DNA from: a virus
Taxonomy: Duplodnaviria > Heunggongvirae > Uroviricota > Caudoviricetes
DNA: 4,057 nucleotides
Virus record (IMG/VR): IMGVR_UViG_2695420701_000014
Direction: 5' to 3' (one strand)
Both the position numbers and the translations under genes were made by a program. Below, in pieces: positions 1-4,057 of this stretch; positions within the stretch are counted from its first letter, which is position 1, and the number at the start of each line of letters is the position of its first letter. The notes beneath the pieces were generated by a model that made no database searches, was not told the origin of the DNA, and saw only the letters and a program-made list of their open reading frames with translations.

Positions 1-673
1 TCATGACCATGCGATCCATCACCCGCTCGCCGAGAAGTGTATTCATCGCTGCATGGTTAATATTTGTCAGCATCCCCACACCGCGTAACGATGCCGTCCG
101 GCGATCAACAATCTGGTTCAGTACCACCTGCTCGTTTTTCGTATCCCGCTGCATGCCAATTTCATCCAGGACCAGCAGGTCAACACCACAAAGCTCCTGT
201 AAAAATTTTTCACCGGATTTGCCGTTGTCGTAGCTCTCATGCAACACGCTCATGACATCGGACACGGTGACGATAATCACGCTACGCCCCTTCGCCATCA
301 GCCGGTTGCCAATCGCGTCTGCAAGATGATTTTTTCCGGTGCCGGGCTTACCGCTGAACACAAAATTCGTACAGCCTGTCATCAGTTCGTCAGCTATGGA
401 TTTCGCCTGACTCAGTGCATGTCGCTGACCGTCGTTCTGCGCCCGGTAATTCGCAAACGAACACTTCCGGTGCAACGGCTGGATGCCGGAGCGGTTCAGG
501 ATTTTTTCCACCCGCAACTGACGATTCAGGCGGTTGATCTCCTCGCAACGTTTCTGGCCTTCAGCAAGTTGCCACTCGCGCCACTCCGCAACCGTTCTGA
601 ATGGGGCGGTTACATGTGGTGGGGTCAGTCTGCGGATACGCTCCAGAACGCCTCCTGTCGCAATATTTTTCAT
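1..673 (-). CDS. DnaC-like AAA+ helicase loader (phage P-function analogue, YdaV-like); partial, C-terminal ~20 aa lie beyond the window edge
   Basis: Minus-strand frame from ATG 673-671 reads MKNIATGGVLERIRRLTPPH...FVFSGKPGTGKNHLADAIGN...VDLLVLDEIGMQRDTKNEQVVLNQIVDRR...GERVMDRMVM with no stop before position 1. Walker A GKPGTGKN is encoded at about 331-352 and a Walker B-like LLVLDE follows. The order of motifs is collinear with E. coli DnaC as I recall it. An SD-like AGGGGG sits 6 nt upstream, inside the end of the preceding gene. The ORF is absent from the supplied track because it has no stop inside the window. Confidence 0.9.
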   Translation of the reverse strand, partial: MKNIATGGVLERIRRLTPPHVTAPFRTVAEWREWQLAEGQKRCEEINRLNRQLRVEKILNRSGIQPLHRKCSFANYRAQNDGQRHALSQAKSIADELMTGCTNFVFSGKPGTGKNHLADAIGNRLMAKGRSVIIVTVSDVMSVLHESYDNGKSGEKFLQELCGVDLLVLDEIGMQRDTKNEQVVLNQIVDRRTASLRGVGMLTNINHAAMNTLLGERVMDRMVM

Positions 674-679
674 GGTCTG

Positions 680-1828
680 TTACCCCCTGAAGCCTGGCGG
701 GATCGCACTGTCCGGCAACGAGACGGTGTTAACCTGTCGGAGCAACGTCTCAGGCCGAACACCTTTCGGCGCGAACAGGCCCTGGTATTCATTGGCGATG
801 CTGTGTCGAATCACCTGCTCAGGTGTAAAACCCTGCTGACGGAATTTTTCCAGTTCCCGTATCGCCCCGTTAGCGCCCTGCTCCGTTCGAATCGGTTTTC
901 GCAATGCCTGCCTGAACTGGACCCACTCATGCCAGAGTGTTTCTGGCAACCAGTCGGGCAGATCAACTGACAACGGGTCAAATTTTTTCTGGCGAACAGC
1001 CCCACCGATAACCAGAATTCCCTGCTCGGTGTGCCTTGCGATATCACTGCGCCGCAAGACACATATCCCGGTTTCAACAGCACCGATTTTGAGCAGTGAT
1101 TTCTGTCGCGGAGAATTTCGGTCAAGCTCGCTCCCACACCGGACACCGTTCCTGTCAGTCACGACGATATCAATCCGCCCTCCGCAACCGTCACCACGCT
1201 CTGGCACCGGATACTCACGACAGACATCCAGGCCAGCAGCCTGCAACGCAACCACCGCAGAATTACAAAATTCCGCTGCAGTACCGCCAGATAATCTCCC
1301 CTCAAGCACTCCAGCCACAAAATCCCGAAACTCCCTTCCGGAAGGGAAGGGTTTGGGATGGGTTAGATCTGTTTTTAGATCTTTATCTGTATCTTTATTA
1401 GTTGCCTTTGTGTTGGCATCATGTTCGAACATCACTCCAACATCTGTTTGAACACCTGTTAAATTTCTCTCTTGTTTTGTTTGAACATCTGCTTCCTTTC
1501 TGCTTCTTCTGGCCTGAACAGATGCTTTTCCTGCGGCTGATTTTTTGGTTAATTTTTCTCTGACAGATGCCAGATCTTCCTCAATCCGAAGATGCATCCA
1601 TTCGTCGCCGTTATCACAAAAAAACTCCCGCAAGGATGGTTCAACATCAACCCATCGCTCGTTAGTCAGACGGGCAATTTTTGCCAACCTGTTTTTGGGT
1701 ATTGGCTTTCCTGTTTGCCAGTAATTGAACATCAGCAACAAATACGCGCCGTGCTCCTCTGCTGACAAATGCATGGTGTCAGCCAGGTAATCAGCTATGT
1801 ACAGTTGCATGTATGGTAATGCGGCCAT
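680..1828 (-). CDS. Replication initiator, O-like, with DUF1376-type N-terminal domain (YdaU-like); iteron-encoding K/D/T-rich linker; C-terminal domain presumed to recruit the helicase loader
   Basis: ORF-track frame 680..1879 (399 aa). I place the start at ATG 1828-1826 (MAALPYMQLYIADYLADTMHLSAEEHGAYLLLMFNYWQTGKPIP...) because it is preceded by a GGGG SD at 5-nt spacing, whereas ATG 1879 has no SD and adds a hydrophobic 17-aa extension. The N-terminal Y-x-x-D-Y-L-x-D-T...E-x-H-G-A-Y pattern matches DUF1376 replication proteins as recalled. Stop TAA at 682-680 lies 6 nt upstream of the DnaC-like ATG, implying translational coupling. Gene order Cro-like, CII-like, O-like, P-like matches lambdoid replication modules. 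Confidence 0.8.
   Translation of the reverse strand: MAALPYMQLYIADYLADTMHLSAEEHGAYLLLMFNYWQTGKPIPKNRLAKIARLTNERWVDVEPSLREFFCDNGDEWMHLRIEEDLASVREKLTKKSAAGKASVQARRSRKEADVQTKQERNLTGVQTDVGVMFEHDANTKATNKDTDKDLKTDLTHPKPFPSGREFRDFVAGVLEGRLSGGTAAEFCNSAVVALQAAGLDVCREYPVPERGDGCGGRIDIVVTDRNGVRCGSELDRNSPRQKSLLKIGAVETGICVLRRSDIARHTEQGILVIGGAVRQKKFDPLSVDLPDWLPETLWHEWVQFRQALRKPIRTEQGANGAIRELEKFRQQGFTPEQVIRHSIANEYQGLFAPKGVRPETLLRQVNTVSLPDSAIPPGFRG
1363..1577. other. Putative phage origin of replication embedded in the O-like gene: iteron-like repeats plus AT-rich tract with AGATCT/GATC sites
   Basis: GAACA-centred repeats at 1427, 1450, 1483 and 1516 (spacing 23, 33, 33 bp): ATGTTCGAACAT (12-bp perfect palindrome, 1421-1432), CTGTTTGAACACCTG (1444-1458), TTGTTTGAACATCTG (1479-1493, 13/15 identical to the previous), CCTGAACAGATGC (1513-1525), and a degenerate copy CTGACAGATGC near 1560-1570. 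An adjacent AT-rich tract at 1363-1400 (TTAGATCTGTTTTTAGATCTTTATCTGTATCTTTATTAG) carries two AGATCT hexamers, with a third at 1572-1577. The arrangement parallels the lambda ori inside gene O (established knowledge). Confidence 0.5.
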
Positions 1829-1891
1829 AATTGCCCCGTATGATGCTGCCCGGTTGCTTAGAATAAGCACAAACAGCATGGAAACTTTTGC

Positions 1892-2314
1892 TTAATGAAC
1901 AATGACAGAATCGTCGGAAGACCCGCCGCCGCTGAAATGCGCTTTCCGGTAAACGGCCTGGACTGCATCATCATGCGCATCAATTGCCGTACTCAACGCT
2001 TCCTGCGCCGCCAGTAATGCACGGCGTTCCAGGGTATCGAAGATGCAGAGTCGGTGACGCAGCTCGCGCGGAAGAATTGCCAGAACCGCAGGGATCAGTT
2101 TCTGAATTTTTTCCCTTTGCGCTTTCGTTTCACCTTTCAACCAACGGTGATAGATATTCTGCTGATTGTTCCAGTCCTTGCCTGGTACAAGGGGCAATTC
2201 GCCGCCCCCCTGGCGCAGATATTCTTCAGTAATTGCGTTAGCGACCCACGCCTGCCCTTTTTCGGCTGCCAGGGCTAACAACACTGATTCGATGTGCTCA
2301 TGCCTGATTTTCAT
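1892..2314 (-). CDS. YdaT-like protein (140 aa), proposed functional equivalent of lambda CII in Rac/CP-933P-type prophages
   Basis: 140-aa ORF (MKIRHEHIESVLLALAAEKGQAWVANAITEEYLRQ...). Its start ATG 2314-2312 overlaps the stop TGA 2313-2311 of the upstream Cro-like gene (ATGA overlap). Size and position immediately after the Cro-like gene and before the O/P-like genes match ydaT of Rac-type prophages. The assignment is by context and recollection, not a search. Confidence 0.7.
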   Translation of the reverse strand: MKIRHEHIESVLLALAAEKGQAWVANAITEEYLRQGGGELPLVPGKDWNNQQNIYHRWLKGETKAQREKIQKLIPAVLAILPRELRHRLCIFDTLERRALLAAQEALSTAIDAHDDAVQAVYRKAHFSGGGSSDDSVIVH

Positions 2315-2553
2315 GAATCAACCGCTCCTATGCTGTTTTCGCTATGCTTACCGTCTGGGGGGAATACATCGTCAAGTCCACAATGAGCGCCAAGCCGATT
2401 AAGGGTAGAAACAATTTTTCTGCACTCCTCTAGTCCAGGGGTACGAAAATTTGCTTCGTAATTTGCCAGTCGGCTTTGTATCCACCCTAACTGAACAGCA
2501 AGTTGTCTTTGAGACAGCCCAAGCTGTTTTCGATATGTTGAAATTTTGTTCAT
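2311..2553 (-). CDS. Cro-like HTH (XRE family) transcriptional regulator, 80 aa (YdaS-like position)
   Basis: ATG at 2553-2551 preceded by GGAGG with 6-nt spacing. The product MNKISTYRKQLGLSQRQLAVQLGWIQSRLANYEANFRTP... has a clear HTH (LGLSQRQLA...GWIQSRLANYE). It is divergent from the repressor gene across a 96-bp operator-bearing spacer. Confidence 0.8.
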   Translation of the reverse strand: MNKISTYRKQLGLSQRQLAVQLGWIQSRLANYEANFRTPGLEECRKIVSTLNRLGAHCGLDDVFPPDGKHSENSIGAVDS

Positions 2554-2577
2554 TGAAAACCTCCGATGACAATTTTA

Positions 2578-2638
2578 AACACACCTTGTGTTATATAGCC
2601 AAGCCGTTTTGTGTTTTATGTAAATCACGATTCGTGAT
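2578..2638. promoter_or_regulatory. OR-like operator cluster: three 15-bp dyad sites at 23-bp centre spacing between the divergent Cro-like and repressor genes
   Basis: AACACA-cct-TGTGTT (2578-2592, perfect 6-3-6 dyad); AAGCCG-ttt-TGTGTT (2601-2615, right half-site only); ATCACGA-t-TCGTGAT (2624-2638, perfect dyad). Shared core CACr-N3-yGTG; centres at 2585, 2608 and 2631. The divergent promoters themselves could not be assigned confidently. Confidence 0.55.
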
Positions 2639-2649
2639 ACAAGGATGCA

Positions 2650-3069
2650 ATGGAAAAAGAAAACGAAAAAATTGCCGCTAGTAGGCTCAATGACAAAATT
2701 GCAATGCGTCTTAAAGAGCGCAGGCAGAAGCTTGGTTTATCTCAAGGAAAACTTGCTGAAATCTGCGGATGGACGCAATCGCGTATAGGTAACTATGAGG
2801 CGGGCAGCAGAAATGTTGGAGTACATGACGCTGTCGTATTGGGAAAGGCACTTGGCATATCTCCTCCTGAGCTCCTCTTTGGAGAACAGGAATCTTCTGA
2901 ATTGTGGTTAAATGAATCCCAACGAAAACTTCTTGAGTTGTTTAACCAGCTACCGGGCTCAGAACAACAACGAATGATTGAGCTATTTGAAGTCCGGCTA
3001 AAAGAAATCGATGAGTATGTAGAAAAATATTTGAGAGGCAGGATTAAAGATAATCCCCCACCGGAATAA
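2650..3069 (+). CDS. Prophage repressor, CI-functional/RacR-like, XRE-family HTH, 139 aa, no LexA-like S24 peptidase domain
   Basis: ATG 2650 with AAGGA SD 4 nt upstream. HTH LGLSQGKLAEICGWTQSRIGNYEAG; the recognition-helix region GWTQSRIGNYEA is nearly identical to that of the Cro-like protein (GWIQSRLANYEA). The C-terminal ~60 aa are charged and helical-looking (ELWLNESQRKLLELFNQLPGSEQQRMIELFEVRLKEIDEYVEKYL) and too short for an S24 autoprotease fold. An intrinsic terminator follows. Confidence 0.85.
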   Translation: MEKENEKIAASRLNDKIAMRLKERRQKLGLSQGKLAEICGWTQSRIGNYEAGSRNVGVHDAVVLGKALGISPPELLFGEQESSELWLNESQRKLLELFNQLPGSEQQRMIELFEVRLKEIDEYVEKYLRGRIKDNPPPE

Positions 3070-3099
3070 TGATCTTGCTATCACAGTAATATGCCAATC

Positions 3100-3123
3100 A
3101 GCCCGCTATCAGCGGGCTTTTTT
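3100..3123 (+). terminator. Rho-independent terminator of the repressor transcript
   Basis: AGCCCGCT-atc-AGCGGGCT forms a perfect 8-bp GC-rich stem with a 3-nt loop, followed directly by a T-run (3118-3123), 31 bp after the repressor stop codon. Confidence 0.75.
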
Positions 3124-3152
3124 GTAGCATCATCATATGACACTCACCATAA

Positions 3153-3194
3153 AACACGTTGCGTGTTGACACAAGAAAACAAATTGTGTTTAAT
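3153..3194 (+). promoter_or_regulatory. pL-like early promoter (sigma70 -35 TTGACA, 17-bp spacer, -10 TTTAAT) overlapped by two operator dyads
   Basis: -35 TTGACA at 3166-3171 (consensus) and -10 TTTAAT at 3189-3194 (5/6) with a 17-bp spacer. Operator AACACG-ttg-CGTGTT (3153-3167, perfect dyad) overlaps the -35; AAAACA-aat-TGTGTT (3176-3190, 11/12) overlaps the spacer and -10. Centres at 3160 and 3183, 23 bp apart, the same spacing as the OR-like cluster. Confidence 0.55.
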
Positions 3195-3374
3195 AAGCAT
3201 ATCCAAACAACGCCCCACCAGAGAACGGCAGGACAATACCTCGAGTTATCCAGTCACTGAACAGGGCTAAGTAGCCAGCCTGAGGCATACGAACATGACG
3301 GCAGTTGTTGATTGATACAAAGCGCAGTAGATAAAACGTTCCGCCACCCGGCGTTAAGGGGAAATGGGGTCAAC

Positions 3375-3530
3375 ATGAATACTATCGATCTTGGCAACAA
3401 CGAATCTCTGGTATGTGGCGTGTTTCCCAATCAAGACGGCACATTCACCGCCATGACGTATACCAAAAGCAAAACGTTTAAAACCGAAGCTGGCGCACGT
3501 CGTTGGTTGGGAAGACATTCAGGTGAGTAA
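3375..3530 (+). CDS. Small hypothetical protein, 51 aa; first gene of the putative early-left operon
   Basis: ATG 3375 with GGGG SD 5 nt upstream; product MNTIDLGNNESLVCGVFPNQDGTFTAMTYTKSKTFKTEAGARRWLGRHSGE; stop TAA 3528-3530 lies 1 nt before the next start. The track ORF 3312..3530 begins at a TTG with no SD, so I do not use that start. No family recognised from memory. Confidence 0.5.
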   Translation: MNTIDLGNNESLVCGVFPNQDGTFTAMTYTKSKTFKTEAGARRWLGRHSGE

Positions 3531-3531
3531 A

Positions 3532-3735
3532 ATGAACGAGACAGAATTAAAACACGTTATCGCTCTACTCCTAGAAGATGCAAAACGCCTCCAGCAACTG
3601 GAGCCAAATGCAGGCACTGGGGCACGCATCTGGCTGGCTAAAGAAGCGCTGGAATCTGGCGATTATGATAGCGAAGAAGCCTTCTACAAAGCAGAAGGCC
3701 GTGCAGGATATTCACCGGGTCTTGGCGGGGTATAA
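3532..3735 (+). CDS. Small acidic hypothetical protein, 67 aa, translationally coupled to the upstream 51-aa gene
   Basis: ATG 3532 preceded by AGGTGA SD (3521-3526) at 5-nt spacing; the track start at 3523 is GTG without an SD. Product MNETELKHVIALLLEDAKRLQQLEPNAGTGARIWLAKEALESGDYDSEEAFYKAEGRAGYSPGLGGV. No family recognised. Confidence 0.5.
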   Translation: MNETELKHVIALLLEDAKRLQQLEPNAGTGARIWLAKEALESGDYDSEEAFYKAEGRAGYSPGLGGV

Positions 3736-4002
3736 ATACCATGCGCATTGACTGAATTCGCAAACAAAAACAGACGCGCGATACCTGGATAGTCGGTCTG
3801 CATAGTCAGATATCTGGCTGCGAATTTGATAAATATCACCGCCCTTTTCGGAAACATAAGTTCCGTCCGGGAGTTGATTATACGAACCATCTCCATGGGG
3901 GATCGTTCTCCTGAATCCTAGTGAGAGCATATATTTATGAAGCCCTTCGTAATCCTCTGGCTCAGCATTATATAGTTCTACTCTGGCGAGATACGTTGGC
4001 AT
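3712..4002 (-). CDS. Hypothetical protein, 96 aa, convergent with and overlapping the 3' end of the small-gene pair
   Basis: ATG 4002-4000 preceded by AAGGAA SD with 6-nt spacing (AAGGAAatgaatATGCCA). Product MPTYLARVELYNAEPEDYEGLHKYMLSLGFRRTIPHGDGSYNQLPDGTYVSEKGGDIYQIRSQISDYADRLSRYRASVFVCEFSQCAWYLYPAKTR. The track start at 4041 is TTG and the frame stays open to the window edge, so the N-terminus is not fully certain. Its 3' end overlaps gene 3532..3735 by 24 bp. Confidence 0.6.
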   Translation of the reverse strand: MPTYLARVELYNAEPEDYEGLHKYMLSLGFRRTIPHGDGSYNQLPDGTYVSEKGGDIYQIRSQISDYADRLSRYRASVFVCEFSQCAWYLYPAKTR

Positions 4003-4057
4003 ATTCATTTCCTTACTGGTTGTGTGTGAAGTGGTCAACAAAAACTGGCCACCGAGT

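Noticed and set aside
239-970. 243-aa plus-strand ORF, and overlapping ORFs 3..233, 64..255 and 534..839
   Set aside because: They lie antisense to the well-supported DnaC-like and O-like genes, have no convincing SD or recognisable motifs, and are best explained as chance open frames opposite real genes.
1029-1451. Plus-strand ORFs 1029..1451 and 1096..1401 and minus-strand ORF 811..1146
   Set aside because: They are antisense or out of frame within the O-like gene. The products are low-complexity (P/S/R-rich) with no start signals. The iteron/AT-rich DNA keeps frames open by composition.
1421-1570. Iteron-like repeats considered as a CRISPR array or a purely protein-level repeat
   Set aside because: The repeats are 12-15 bp, imperfect, and lack regular unique spacers, so they are not CRISPR. 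A protein repeat alone would not explain the palindromic unit or the adjacent AT-rich AGATCT tract; an origin is the better explanation, but it is unproven.
1829-1879. N-terminal extension of the O-like gene from ATG 1879
   Set aside because: There is no SD upstream of 1879 and the extension (MLFVLILSNRAASYGAI) is hydrophobic and atypical, whereas ATG 1828 has a GGGG SD and begins just before the conserved DUF1376-like motif. This remains possible, so the call is a preference rather than an exclusion.
1984-2402. Plus-strand ORFs 1984..2232, 2054..2278 and 2166..2402
   Set aside because: They are antisense to the YdaT-like and Cro-like genes, with no RBS and no recognisable domains.
2399-2681. 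ORFs 2399..2584 (minus) and 2451..2681 (plus) spanning the operator region
   Set aside because: They overlap the Cro-like gene out of frame or antisense and run through the operator/promoter spacer, so they are incompatible with the clear divergent-gene architecture.
3312-3374. Upstream extension of the 51-aa gene (TTG start at 3312) and the 6-codon mini-ORF at 3295..3315
   Set aside because: The TTG start has no SD, whereas ATG 3375 has GGGG at good spacing. The mini-ORF is too short to support as a gene from sequence alone and is mentioned only as a leader feature.
3070-3374. Lambda-type N-utilisation site (boxA/boxB) in the early leader
   Set aside because: No CGCTCTT(A/T) boxA-like sequence is present, and the small hairpins do not resemble boxB (5-bp stem with a GAAAA-type loop). 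N-type antitermination is therefore not supported here.
3523-3531. GTG start at 3523 for the second small gene
   Set aside because: It would overlap the upstream stop without an SD; ATG 3532 has an AGGTGA SD at 5-nt spacing.
3684-3896. 70-aa minus-strand ORF 3684..3896
   Set aside because: It is out of frame inside the better-supported 96-aa gene (3712..4002) and has no start signal.
4003-4041. TTG-initiated N-terminal extension of the 96-aa gene
   Set aside because: AAGGAA is positioned for ATG 4002, and the TTG at 4041 has no SD. The frame stays open to the window edge, so a longer protein starting outside the window cannot be fully excluded.

Overview
This window reads as the immunity and replication core of a Rac-like (lambdoid) prophage, probably from an enterobacterium; all calls are from reading the sequence and from memory of protein families, with no database search. 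On the minus strand, right to left, a Cro-like HTH gene (2553..2311) overlaps a 140-aa YdaT-like gene (2314..1892), followed by an O-like replication initiator with a DUF1376-type N-terminus (1828..680) and a DnaC-like helicase loader (673..1, running off the window edge). On the plus strand a 139-aa XRE-family repressor without a peptidase domain (2650..3069) is transcribed divergently from the Cro-like gene and ends in a clear intrinsic terminator. Downstream lies a near-consensus promoter, a ~180-nt leader and two tightly coupled small genes (51 and 67 aa). A convergent 96-aa gene on the minus strand (4002..3712) overlaps their 3' end. The intergenic DNA carries five 15-bp operator-like palindromes (core CACr-N3-yGTG) at exact 23-bp centre spacing, three between the divergent genes and two over the downstream promoter. 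The O-like gene contains iteron-like repeats next to an AT-rich tract with AGATCT/GATC sites, consistent with an embedded origin of replication. The three small genes of unknown function at the right end are the least explained part of the window and the best candidates for an undescribed accessory function.
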